A stretch of DNA of 64,000 nt from Ignavibacteriales bacterium (GTDB lineage: Bacteria > Bacteroidota > Ignavibacteria > Ignavibacteriales > Melioribacteraceae), in contig DAIEQA010000109.1 of the NCBI GenBank assembly GCA_027348115.1, forward strand, positions 3,104-67,103. Direction: 5' to 3'. Shown here one piece after another: positions 50,004 through 60,969 of the stretch (positions within the stretch are counted from its first letter, which is position 1; each line of letters opens with the position of its first letter). Both the position numbers and the translations under genes were made by a program. The notes beneath the pieces are model-generated. The model made no database searches and was not told the DNA's origin. It saw only the letters and a list, made by a program, of their open reading frames with translations.

Positions 50004-50615
50004 TTAGTAAAATATACTTACGTCTCCGGCACCTTCACGAATAACTTCCGGCTCTTCATTGCTTAAGTCGACAATGCTGGATGGCTCGCCTTCGAGTGCA
50101 CCGGTTGCAAGCATCAGATCAACCTGAATGTTGAAAATATTTTTTATCTCTTCAGGATTAAACAGAATATCTCCTTTACGATTTGTTACACTTGTGCTTA
50201 CTATAGGATGCCCCAATTCTTTTACAAGACTTAACGCAACAGGGTGATTAGGAATCCTGATTCCCACAGTATTTCGTTTTGTCCATAAAGTTTTAGGCAC
50301 TTCCTTTGCCGCCGGTAAAACAAATGTGTACGGCCCCGGTAAAAGCTTGCGCATAGTTTTGTAAGCGTAGTCAGAAACTTTTGCGTATTTGGAAATGTCT
50401 TTTAGATCCGGACATATAAAACTAAACAGCTTTGTTCCGGCTTCATGTTTAATAGCATATACTCTTTCGAGAGCTTCTTTGTTGAAAATGTCGCAACCGA
50501 TTCCGTAAACCGTATCGGTTGGATAAATAATTACTCCTCCTTCTCGCAAAATTTCTACAGCTTTGTTAATAAATCTTAATTGAGGTGTAACAGGATGCAA
50601 TTCATAATATTCCAT
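50004..50615 (-). CDS. tsaC: L-threonylcarbamoyladenylate synthase (YrdC/TsaC family)
   Basis: IIYPTDTVYGIGCD and IRIPNHP motifs. Confidence 0.85.
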   Translation of the reverse strand: MEYYELHPVTPQLRFINKAVEILREGGVIIYPTDTVYGIGCDIFNKEALERVYAIKHEAGTKLFSFICPDLKDISKYAKVSDYAYKTMRKLLPGPYTFVLPAAKEVPKTLWTKRNTVGIRIPNHPVALSLVKELGHPIVSTSVTNRKGDILFNPEEIKNIFNIQVDLMLATGALEGEPSSIVDLSNEEPEVIREGAGDVSIFY

Positions 50616-50804
50616 AGACTGCTCCTTCCTTTGTTTGTGGTTCTGTGTCTCTTATACAATGAAGCTTATGTTGAAGTTCTGCATTCGCGGTGTATTTAGA
50701 AAAGTTTCTACTATAAAAAAGGTTTTTTAAAACTAATAGTCAACAAAAATTTCTGGTAAAAATGTGATGAATTGCGGAAATTAAATTTCAAAAAATGGGA
50801 AACG

Positions 50805-51971
50805 ATGAAATTCGCAAAAATTTCGAGGCAGGTAATAGTTTTAGGACTGGTAAGTTTATTCACGGATTTTGCCAGCGAGATGCTTTACCCCATCACTCCG
50901 ATTTTTTTAACTGCAGTTCTTGGCGCCTCAATGTCGGTAGTAGGTCTTATCGAAGGCATTGCGGAAGTAACGGCAGGATTTCTAAAAGGATATTTCGGAA
51001 ATCTTTCGGATAAAACTGGCAAGCGTTCGATATTTCTTGTAGCGGGTTACGGCATTTCGGGCGCTGTAAAATCATTGCCGGGTTTTATAGTTACAATTCC
51101 ATCTGTTATTATTTCAAGGGTAATAGATAGAGTAGGAAAGGGAATTCGTACGGCACCGCGCGATGCTTTGCTTGCAAGCTATGCCAATGGAAACACCGGA
51201 GCCGTATTCGGATTTCATAGAGGGATGGATACACTGGGCGCCGTAATTGGTCCGCTCACTGCAATTTCTCTTTTATATTTCTTTCCGGGCAAGTATTCAT
51301 GGATATATCTATTTGCATTAATTCCCTCGCTGTGCGCAATTGGATTTACCCTGGCAGTTAAGGATAGTCAGGCTAAAACCAGAACGTCTTCCAAAAAAAA
51401 TTATTCCGCATTTTTAATAAACGCTTCTGGAGAATACAAAACTTTTCTTGCACTGTTCACATTGTTTTCATTTGTAAACAGCAGCGATGTATTTTTAATC
51501 TTGAAGTCCAAACAAATTTCTCATTCCGATCTTTCGGCAATTCTGGGTTATGTTTTCTATAATATTATTTATGCGGCATCGTCTTACCCTATCGGCCTTT
51601 TAGCGGATAAATTCGGGAAGAAAAATATTTTTGTAATAGGGTTGATAATTTTTTCCATCACTTATTTCGGCTTTGCCGTGAATGCCGAGAATATTTTTAT
51701 CTGGTTCCTTTTTGCTTCATACGGAATTTATGCTTCGTCGACAGAAGGCGTAGCCAAGGCATGGGTTTCAGATTTAGTTCCGGATGAATTCCGCGGATCC
51801 GCAATAGGCCTGCTTACAATGCTTTCAAGCTTTGCCGTAATGTTCGGATCATTTTTAACAGGGTCTCTCTGGGATAATTTCGGCGCTCAAATACCGTTTT
51901 TAGTTTCTTCTTTTGTTAGTCTGTTAATTGCGATGATTCTTCTTTTCAAAAAAAAGAAAGGTATACGCTAA
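50805..51971 (+). CDS. MFS transporter
   Basis: 12 TM helices with an MFS-type loop (DKTGKRS, DRVGKGIRTAPRDA). ATG 50805 is preferred over 50772. Confidence 0.8.
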   Translation: MKFAKISRQVIVLGLVSLFTDFASEMLYPITPIFLTAVLGASMSVVGLIEGIAEVTAGFLKGYFGNLSDKTGKRSIFLVAGYGISGAVKSLPGFIVTIPSVIISRVIDRVGKGIRTAPRDALLASYANGNTGAVFGFHRGMDTLGAVIGPLTAISLLYFFPGKYSWIYLFALIPSLCAIGFTLAVKDSQAKTRTSSKKNYSAFLINASGEYKTFLALFTLFSFVNSSDVFLILKSKQISHSDLSAILGYVFYNIIYAASSYPIGLLADKFGKKNIFVIGLIIFSITYFGFAVNAENIFIWFLFASYGIYASSTEGVAKAWVSDLVPDEFRGSAIGLLTMLSSFAVMFGSFLTGSLWDNFGAQIPFLVSSFVSLLIAMILLFKKKKGIR

Positions 51972-52052
51972 AAAACTTTTCTGTTTAACCATATATAGTA
52001 GAGTTGCCGACTTTTTATCTAAGTACCCAATTTCCTATTTTTGAGTAGCAAT

Positions 52053-52754
52053 ATGAATGGCATTATGAATAAAGATAAATTAGCAGTGGTTGCGGTTAGC
52101 GGCGGAATGGACAGCTGCGTTACCGCGGCAATTGCAAATCAAACTTCGGAACTGGCTTTAATACATATAAATTACGGTCAGCGTACTCAAGCCCGCGAGC
52201 TTAAAGCGTTTAACGATATTGCCGATTTTTATAATGTAGATAAACGCCTGGTAATAGATCTTTCGCACTTTGCAAAGATCGGCGGCTCGTCTTTAACGGA
52301 TCAAAAAATTGAGGTAACAAAAGCGGATTTGGCAAACAAAGAAGTTCCCACTTCGTATGTGCCGTTTCGCAATGCTAATATATTAAGTGCGTGTGTAAGC
52401 TGGGCTGAAGTCTTAAATGCCGGTTCGGTTTACATCGGCGCGGTTTACGAAGACGCCAGCGGATACCCGGATTGCCGTCCACAGTTTTACGAAGCGTTTG
52501 AAAAGATGGTCGATATCGGAACGAAACCTTCTACCCATATAAAAATTGAAACGCCTATAATTTATTTATCCAAAGCGGAAATTGTAAAGAAGGGAATGGA
52601 GCTCGGCGCGCCGCTTCATTTAACGTGGTCGTGTTATCAAAGCGAAGATGAAGCCTGCGGTGTATGCGACAGCTGCGCTTTCCGTCTGCGCGGTTTTCGA
52701 CTTGCCGGCGTTGACGACCCGATTGCGTATAAAATTAGGCCGGATTATTTTTGA
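52053..52754 (+). CDS. queC: 7-cyano-7-deazaguanine (preQ0) synthase
   Basis: PP-loop VVAVSGGMDS and a C-terminal zinc Cys cluster (CYQSEDEACGVCDSC). Confidence 0.92.
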   Translation: MNGIMNKDKLAVVAVSGGMDSCVTAAIANQTSELALIHINYGQRTQARELKAFNDIADFYNVDKRLVIDLSHFAKIGGSSLTDQKIEVTKADLANKEVPTSYVPFRNANILSACVSWAEVLNAGSVYIGAVYEDASGYPDCRPQFYEAFEKMVDIGTKPSTHIKIETPIIYLSKAEIVKKGMELGAPLHLTWSCYQSEDEACGVCDSCAFRLRGFRLAGVDDPIAYKIRPDYF

Positions 52755-52797
52755 GTGTAGAATGAAGAATTCAGAATGAAGAGTGTAGAGCTTTTTT
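52747..52797. repeat. Left flanking repeat of the R-M cassette (TTTTGAGTGTAGAATGAAGA-ATTCA-GAATGAAGAGTGTAGAGCTTTTTT)
   Basis: Starts at the queC stop codon. A shorter copy lies at 55497-55528 and a related copy at 60888-60929. Confidence 0.75.
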
Positions 52798-52854
52798 ATG
52801 TATGTTATCACATAAGCAATATCAGTTGTAAAGGAAATTGAAAGAATAAAAAAA

Positions 52855-54436
52855 ATGAACCAAGAATTAATTACGATAAAAGAAGCAAGTGAATGGATTA
52901 GTATTCAACTGAAGAAGGATATCACTCCGTCAAATATTTCTTATTTAGTTAATTATGGAAGAATCAAAAAATTTTCAGATAATGGTAACACCCTTGTAAG
53001 CAAAAAGGAGTTGATTCGCTATTATGATTCGTATTATGGGAATCGACAAATCAACTGGAAAGAAAAACTCGGAAATGACATAGATTGGCATTTATCATTC
53101 GAGCAATACAAGGAATTTCAAACTACTAAACATGTCCATCGACTTCATCCATATAAAGGTAAATTCATTCCGCAACTAGTGGAATATTTTCTGGATGATC
53201 ACACGGATGAATTTAAAAAGGAAGTTTATTTCAACAAAGGAGATATCGTTCTCGATCCATTTTGTGGAAGCGGAACAACTCTAGTACAAGCTAATGAACT
53301 TGGGATGAATTGTCTTGGCGTTGATATTTCATCTTTTAATTCATTGATGAGTAATGCCAAAATTGGTAAGTATAATTTATTTGAGCTAAAAATTGAGATA
53401 CAAAAAATCACAGAGGAGTTACGACAATTTATTTATGACTCCAAGACAGTAAAGTTTGAGAAAGAGTTGCTTGATAAACTCTCGAAGTTTAATAATGAAT
53501 ATTTTCCTTCTCCAGAATACAAGCTAAGGATAAACAATGATGAAATAGATGAAAAAGAATACGGGAAAGCAAAGGAAAATGAATTTCTCCCTATCTATAA
53601 AAAATTAGTTAAAGAGTTTGAAATTGAATTAAAGCAAGGGAAATCAGATACTTTTTTAGATAAATGGTTTCTTCAACAAGTTAGATCAGAAATAGAGTTC
53701 GTTTTCGATTTGATAAAAAAAAATAAAGATCCCGGAAATAAAAAAAATTGTATCTATCATTCTCAGTCGTACTATTCGTTCTTGTCGCGCAACAACTCAT
53801 TCTGACTTAGCAACACTTCTTGAGCCAATAACAACAACGTATTATTGTTCTAAGCATGGGAAGATTTGCAAGCCATTGTTTTCAATATTAAGCTGGTGGG
53901 AAAGGTACTCCATTGACACTCTGAAACGTCTTACTGAATTTAATAAATTAAGAACGAATACATATCAGCATTGCATTACGGGCGATAGTAGGGAAATCAA
54001 TTTGTTCTCTGCAATTGAAAAAGTTAATCCGGGTTTTGCCAAACAAATTAAAGATCAAAAGATCAGCGGAATATTTTCTAGTCCACCATACGTTGGTTTG
54101 ATTAATTATCATGAGCAACATGCTTACGCTTACGATTTGTTCGGTTTAAAAAGAAAAGACGAATTAGAAATAGGACCACTTTTCAAAGGACAGGGAAGTG
54201 AGGCAAAGAAATCATATATCGAAGGGATATCAGCTGTATTAATTAATTGTAAAAAGTATTTAAAAGAAGATTATAATGTTTTTCTTGTTGCTAATGATAA
54301 ATATGATATGTACACAAAGATTGCAGAAAAATCCGGGATGAGAATAGTCCAACAGTTCAAACGGCCTGTACTGAACAGAACTGAAAAAGACAAAGCTGCG
54401 TACTCAGAAAGTATATTTCATTTCAAGGGGAACTAA
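52855..54436 (+). pseudogene. Type II DNA methyltransferase (amino-MTase, SPPY type, N-terminal HTH) split by a 1-nt frameshift in A9/A8 tracts
   Basis: ORF 52855..53805 carries HPYKGKF and VLDPFCGSGTT (motif I). ORF 53876..54436, in a different frame, carries SSPPY (motif IV). That second frame is open back to about 53717 and reads IVSIILSRTIRSCRATTHSDLATL. Confidence 0.8.
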
Positions 54437-55492
54437 ATGGACTCATTAAAAAAAGAAAAAATTGCTTTGGAGGTAGTTAAAACTGTAAAATCAAAATTCG
54501 ATGATTTTCCAGAAGATGCCTCAAATAATCGTAATGCACCATTCCATGAAGCTTTTCTAAATGCATTTAAATTGAGAATTGAACATTATGTAACTGATAT
54601 ACCAATTTTTGTGAGCCTCGCAAGTTGGATGCATGGTTTGAATACTCGCTTAGGTCAATCATTTTTTGAAAAAACAGCTCACATACTTTGCGACGGCGAG
54701 AAAAGAAAATTCGCAAATCTTAAGATAAACGATCATCAGCAATCAGTGATTAACGGGATAATAGCTTCATGTAAGAATTCAACTCGTTTGCCAAACTTAT
54801 TTTCTGAAAATGAAGAAATTTACTTGAAACTTGATGTCGGAGAAATCGACGCACCAAACTTTTCAGCAGATGTATTCTTTGAAGATGAAACAAGTTTGAC
54901 TTTAATTGAGCTAAAGACAGTCAAACCTAATAGTGATGTTTTTAAAGAGCAGAAAAGTAAATTCTTGAATGGAAAAGCTGCTTTGAAAAATAGATTTCCA
55001 GCGAAAGAAATTCATTTTTATCTTGGTTTTCCATTTGATCCACTGCATAAAGAAAAATGTGGTTATGATAAAAAGCGTTTTTTCGATTATAGTGTTGACT
55101 TCAAAAAATATTTTGCAAATGAAGAAGTTTTACTTTCAAACGAACTTTGGGATTTCCTTTCACAAGAGAAAAATACCATGGAAGATATTCTAGAAATTAT
55201 TAATAAAATTGCACAACCTGATTTCATGGATAAATTTGATTTTATTAATGATGTAAAAAACATCGCAGTAGATAAAGGGAAATACAAAGCAATCCTATCT
55301 GATTGGTTCATGAAAAGGGAACTTGTGATGCTGGATCATTATGATAAGATTAAAGTTGCGGCAAAGGAGGATAAAAGACTTCAAAGAGTTCTATCACAAA
55401 ATTTATTTGATTCTGAAAATGAGTATAAGGAAAACCGAATTCTTTCGTTATTAAGTGTCTTAAATAAAATTGATTTCTCAAATATGGCTTGA
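54437..55492 (+). CDS. Putative type II restriction endonuclease (PD-(D/E)xK candidate)
   Basis: The ATG immediately follows the MTase TAA. Candidate catalytic core is SADVFFEDETSLTLIELKT (D ... ExK). The family (possibly TdeIII-like) is not verifiable here. Confidence 0.6.
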   Translation: MDSLKKEKIALEVVKTVKSKFDDFPEDASNNRNAPFHEAFLNAFKLRIEHYVTDIPIFVSLASWMHGLNTRLGQSFFEKTAHILCDGEKRKFANLKINDHQQSVINGIIASCKNSTRLPNLFSENEEIYLKLDVGEIDAPNFSADVFFEDETSLTLIELKTVKPNSDVFKEQKSKFLNGKAALKNRFPAKEIHFYLGFPFDPLHKEKCGYDKKRFFDYSVDFKKYFANEEVLLSNELWDFLSQEKNTMEDILEIINKIAQPDFMDKFDFINDVKNIAVDKGKYKAILSDWFMKRELVMLDHYDKIKVAAKEDKRLQRVLSQNLFDSENEYKENRILSLLSVLNKIDFSNMA

Positions 55493-55496
55493 AATG

Positions 55497-55528
55497 CTTT
55501 TGAGTTTGAATGAAGAGTCTAATTTTTA
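55497..55528. repeat. Right flanking repeat of the R-M cassette (CTTTTGAGTTTGAATGAAGAGTCTAATTTTTA)
   Basis: Aligns with 52747-52797 minus one internal GAATGAAGA unit. Confidence 0.7.
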
Positions 55529-55597
55529 TCTGCGCAGATCTGTTAAATCAGTTTGATCTGTATTCTATAAATTGAATTTTATTTAACTGAGTTATAT

Positions 55598-55972
55598 ATG
55601 ACCGACAAAACTAAAATCCTTGATACATTTCCTAATCCAAATCCGGAGCGGGATTACATAATAATCCACACGGCGCCAGAGTTTACATCGCTTTGCCCTA
55701 AGACCGGTCAGCCCGATTTTGCCACTATCATTCTCGAATACATACCGGAAAAAATCTGCGTCGAGTTAAAGAGCTACAAATTTTATTTGCAGTCTTACCG
55801 CAACGATGGAATATTCTTTGAGGCGGTAACCAACAAGATATTAAACGACTTGGACAAAGTGATGAAACCGCGCTATATAAAAATTACCGCTAAGTTTAAC
55901 ACGCGCGGCGGAATTTCATCGGAGATAATTGCCGAGCAGAGAAGGAAAAAATTGAAGAAAAAATTTGTCTGA
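55598..55972 (+). CDS. queF: NADPH-dependent 7-cyano-7-deazaguanine reductase (unimodular YkvM type)
   Basis: EFTSLCPKTGQPDFATI with the catalytic Cys. 124 aa. Confidence 0.92.
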   Translation: MTDKTKILDTFPNPNPERDYIIIHTAPEFTSLCPKTGQPDFATIILEYIPEKICVELKSYKFYLQSYRNDGIFFEAVTNKILNDLDKVMKPRYIKITAKFNTRGGISSEIIAEQRRKKLKKKFV

Positions 55973-56009
55973 CGGAACATGAATTCCCAGCTTAATTCTA
56001 ATTAACTAA

Positions 56010-57428
<1,419 letters not shown>

Positions 57429-57454
57429 CTACAATTGAACAATGTGGTATTATT

Positions 57455-57478
57455 GGGGCGAGATTTCCTCGCCCCTAC
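57455..57478. repeat. REP-family hairpin GGGGCGAG-ATTTC-CTCGCCCC-TAC
   Basis: Same architecture and TAC tail as the REPs around the RAYT gene. Sits between the lyase gene and glnD. Confidence 0.65.
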
Positions 57479-57490
57479 TATTAATTGTAT

Positions 57491-60052
57491 ATGATTGAAG
57501 AATCCCTAAAAATAAAAGAGCAGTTTTTTGCCGATCGCGACAGAATTTTTCATGACGAAGAAATTCTGAAAGATCCGTTTAAGTTCTGCGTTAAGTGGAG
57601 TGTGCTGGTTGAAGAATATATTCAACTCGTTCTTAAGAATATGAAACTTAAATGTGCAGTTGCCTCAGTCGGTAGTTTCAGTCGCAGAGAGCTTTCCCCG
57701 TATTCCGATATCGATATGATGTTCATATTCGATAAGGTGCAGGGAAACGAGCAGACAATAAAAGACTGCGTTACAATGCTGTGGGATTCCGGCATAGAAG
57801 TCTCTCATACGGTGCGCGATTTTTCGGATATTAAAAGATTCCTTGAAGAAGATATCGAGGCATTTACCCAATTCTTTGAGACCCGATACATTTTTGGGAA
57901 TGAAAAAATATACAACGAATGGAACGGAAAAGTTTTAGCTCCTCTTTCCGAAAAGAACAAACGGAAACTGATTCTTCAATACTACGACGATCTTTATCTC
58001 CGTTATGAAAAGTACGGAGAATCCGCCAAGGTGCTCGAACCAAATGTTAAGTATACCGCCGGCGGCCTTCGGGATCTTCAGATGGTTGAATGGATTTATT
58101 CGTTGAAAAATAATCTTCTTCTTACATCGCAGGAAGAAATAACGCAGACTCAATACTTTTTGACTTTTCTAAAGCGCGATAAAGTTTTAGTGCCGCGGGC
58201 AATTGCGCGGCTGCAGGAAAGTTATCGCTACGTTCTTCATACGCGCAATCATCTTCATCTGCTGAGCGGGCATAAAAACGACCGGCTCGAATTCAGCTAC
58301 CAGGAAAAAATTGCTGCTGTTCACGGTTTCGGCACCGAGGGCTGGCACAGTTACATGCGCAAGTATTTTGAGTCTGCCAATATTATAAAACGTTTTACGC
58401 ACACAATGATGCAGCGGTTTTACGAAGAGATGACTCCGCCGCTCAGTAATTTTCTTTCCATAAATCTTGATGAGGACTATAAATTAACCGGCAATGTAAT
58501 TGCAAAAGCAACCGATTCGCCGATGACGCTTTCGGTGATACTCCGCGCGTTTTACTACCGCGGACTTCATGACGCGCATTTCGATGAACAGCTTCGATCG
58601 ACAATAATTGAAGCCGTTGTTGATCTTGAAGCCACTCAAACTGTGGAACCGCAATCATCGGTTTTTTTTAGAGAAATTTTACGACTTCCGAAAAATGTAG
58701 GAAGCAATTTAGCCGTGTTGAATGAACTTGGCGTGCTCAGCGCTTTCCTGCCTGAGTTCAAAGATCTCAACGGATTTTTTCAGCCGGGAGTTTATCATTG
58801 TTACGCGGCAGATGAACACACGCTTATTGCAATTAACAATTTGGAAAAGCTCGCGCTCGATTCCTCGCCTCTTGGCAAGCTATTCCAAAATATTAGGGAT
58901 AAGGATATTCTCTACCTTGCGATGCTGTTCCATGATATCGCCAAACCGATAAGCATTTCCGGTCATGAAATTATCGGGGCCGAAATTGCGAACTCGGTTA
59001 TGGAGCGGCTTGGATACGGGCTTGAAGAAATTGAAACCGTGCAGTTCCTTGTTCGCCAGCATTTAACAATGGAACAGGTTGCGTTCCGACGTAATCTTAA
59101 CGACGCTTCCACGCTTAACAATTTTGCCGAGCTGTTTTCCAATTCAAATTATCTTGACCTGCTTTATCTTGTAACGTACTCCGATCTTTCCGCTGTATCG
59201 CAGGTAGTTTGGACGCAATGGAAGAGCGACCTGTTGAATGAGCTTTACAGGAAAACCAAAACCATGCTCGACGACAGAATTACCGGGCAGGAATTGTTGT
59301 CGTATAGTTTGCAGGAAATTATAAGCGGCTCGGAAGTTTATTCCGAGGATTCAGTGAAAGATCATATCGAATCGATAAATGATCTCGGCTACCTGCAGTA
59401 TTTTTCGCTTGAAGAAATCAACCAGCACATAGAGGAAATAGAAAAGGGTTCGCCCGTTTCCGTATTCTTTAAAACCGACGGAACATTCACTTCGGTTACA
59501 ATTATCACCCGCGACAGCGAAGCGCTGCTTTCAAGAATGTGCGGCGCGCTTTCCATAAACGATCTTAATATTCACGACGCAAAAATCTTTACGAGGAAAG
59601 ACGGAATTGTTATTGATAGCTTCAACGTTTCGGATTTCCGCACGAACAAACTTGTTGATGAAGAACGATATTCCAAAATTACCAACGATATTTACCTTGC
59701 CGTGGAAAACGAATTGCAGATTACTAAGGAGTTTAACCAGATAAGATCCAAATGGTGGCGGCTGGAAAACAAACTTTTCAAGCGCAAAGGTAAAATTAAA
59801 ATAGAATTTGAGAAACACGATAAGTACACAATCATAGATATTTTCTCGCCGGACCGCCTTGGCTTGCTTTACCAGATAACCAAAAAGATGAACGAGCTTG
59901 GACTTTCGATTTACTTTGCCAAGATATCCACAAAGGCGGATGATATAGTCGATTCGTTCTACATACTCGACCGCAACCGCAAAAAACTTTCGCTCGATGT
60001 ATACGAACTTATCTCTCACGAATTAACCCAAACAATAGAAGAAATGCTTTAG
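57491..60052 (+). CDS. glnD: [Protein-PII] uridylyltransferase / uridylyl-removing enzyme
   Basis: NTase motif GSFSRRELSPYSDIDMMF, an HD domain (HDIAKP) and two C-terminal ACT-like domains. Confidence 0.88.
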   Translation: MIEESLKIKEQFFADRDRIFHDEEILKDPFKFCVKWSVLVEEYIQLVLKNMKLKCAVASVGSFSRRELSPYSDIDMMFIFDKVQGNEQTIKDCVTMLWDSGIEVSHTVRDFSDIKRFLEEDIEAFTQFFETRYIFGNEKIYNEWNGKVLAPLSEKNKRKLILQYYDDLYLRYEKYGESAKVLEPNVKYTAGGLRDLQMVEWIYSLKNNLLLTSQEEITQTQYFLTFLKRDKVLVPRAIARLQESYRYVLHTRNHLHLLSGHKNDRLEFSYQEKIAAVHGFGTEGWHSYMRKYFESANIIKRFTHTMMQRFYEEMTPPLSNFLSINLDEDYKLTGNVIAKATDSPMTLSVILRAFYYRGLHDAHFDEQLRSTIIEAVVDLEATQTVEPQSSVFFREILRLPKNVGSNLAVLNELGVLSAFLPEFKDLNGFFQPGVYHCYAADEHTLIAINNLEKLALDSSPLGKLFQNIRDKDILYLAMLFHDIAKPISISGHEIIGAEIANSVMERLGYGLEEIETVQFLVRQHLTMEQVAFRRNLNDASTLNNFAELFSNSNYLDLLYLVTYSDLSAVSQVVWTQWKSDLLNELYRKTKTMLDDRITGQELLSYSLQEIISGSEVYSEDSVKDHIESINDLGYLQYFSLEEINQHIEEIEKGSPVSVFFKTDGTFTSVTIITRDSEALLSRMCGALSINDLNIHDAKIFTRKDGIVIDSFNVSDFRTNKLVDEERYSKITNDIYLAVENELQITKEFNQIRSKWWRLENKLFKRKGKIKIEFEKHDKYTIIDIFSPDRLGLLYQITKKMNELGLSIYFAKISTKADDIVDSFYILDRNRKKLSLDVYELISHELTQTIEEML

Positions 60053-60068
60053 GTGACAATTGAATTTT

Positions 60069-60887
60069 ATGAACAGAACAAACCCGATCGGATTTTTCGA
60101 TTCCGGAATAGGAGGATTAACCGTAGTCAAGTCAGTCTCGCAATTAATGCCGAATGAAAATATTGTTTACTTTGGCGATACGGCGCGCGTTCCTTACGGC
60201 TCAAAGTCCAACGAAACGGTTATTGAATATTCCATCCAAGCGGCAAATTTTCTTTTGAGAAAAAATATTAAACTGCTCGTAGTTGCCTGCAACACGGCAT
60301 CGTCTGTTGCGCTGAACGAACTGAAAAGATTTTTAACCATCCCTGTTATCGGTATGATTGAACCCGGCGCTAAGATGGCCTTGAACGAATCGAAGAAAAG
60401 AGTTGTAGGCGTAATCGGTACAAACGCTACTGTGAATAATAAAGCTTATTCAAATGAGCTGAAGAAGCTTAATCCGAAAGTAAAAGTATTTGAGCAGGCC
60501 TGTCCGCTCTTTGTTCCGTTGGCGGAAGAAGGATGGATTGACACGAAGGTAACTGAACTTGTTGCGAAAGAATATTTATCCGGGTTTAAAGAAAAGAAAA
60601 TAGATAGTTTAATACTTGGTTGCACGCACTATCCCATCTTAAAAGATGTGATACAAAAAGTTGTTGGAAAGAATGTTAAGCTTGTTGATTCCGGTACGCC
60701 CGCAGCCAGATTGGTAGAGGATTATTTAAACGGAAGAGGATTGAGAAATCAATCGGTTCATCATGGCGTAAGCGAGTTTTATGTGAGCGACGTTCCTACA
60801 AAATTCCGTGAAGTAGCCGAAAGATTTTTAGGAAAGAAAGTTACCCACATTCATAAAGTTGAATTGGAGGAGCTTACGAATGAGTGA
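60069..60887 (+). CDS. murI: Glutamate racemase
   Basis: FDSGIGGLTV, ACNTAS and GCTHYP motifs. Confidence 0.92.
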   Translation: MNRTNPIGFFDSGIGGLTVVKSVSQLMPNENIVYFGDTARVPYGSKSNETVIEYSIQAANFLLRKNIKLLVVACNTASSVALNELKRFLTIPVIGMIEPGAKMALNESKKRVVGVIGTNATVNNKAYSNELKKLNPKVKVFEQACPLFVPLAEEGWIDTKVTELVAKEYLSGFKEKKIDSLILGCTHYPILKDVIQKVVGKNVKLVDSGTPAARLVEDYLNGRGLRNQSVHHGVSEFYVSDVPTKFREVAERFLGKKVTHIHKVELEELTNE

Positions 60888-60969
60888 ACTCAGAGTGTAG
60901 AATTATGAATGCAGAATGAAAGGCTTTTATGAATTACATTCTGAACTCTGCATTCATAATTCTGCATTC
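60888..60969. repeat. Long imperfect inverted repeat built from GAATGNAG-AATTNN-GAATGNAG modules; probable bidirectional terminator
   Basis: AGAATTATGAATGCAG (60899-60914) pairs perfectly with CTGCATTCATAATTCT (60948-60963). The left arm resembles the R-M flanking repeat, and the right arm overlaps the last codons of the Nudix gene. Confidence 0.7.

Noticed and set aside
51972-52052. preQ1 riboswitch upstream of queC, and likewise at 55529-55597 upstream of queF.
   Set aside because: No short P1 hairpin followed by the A-rich ...AAAAAACTA tail typical of preQ1-I. The CAGATC...GATCTG hairpin before queF lacks the conserved loop and tail. Rfam RF00522, RF01054 and RF02680 scans would settle it.
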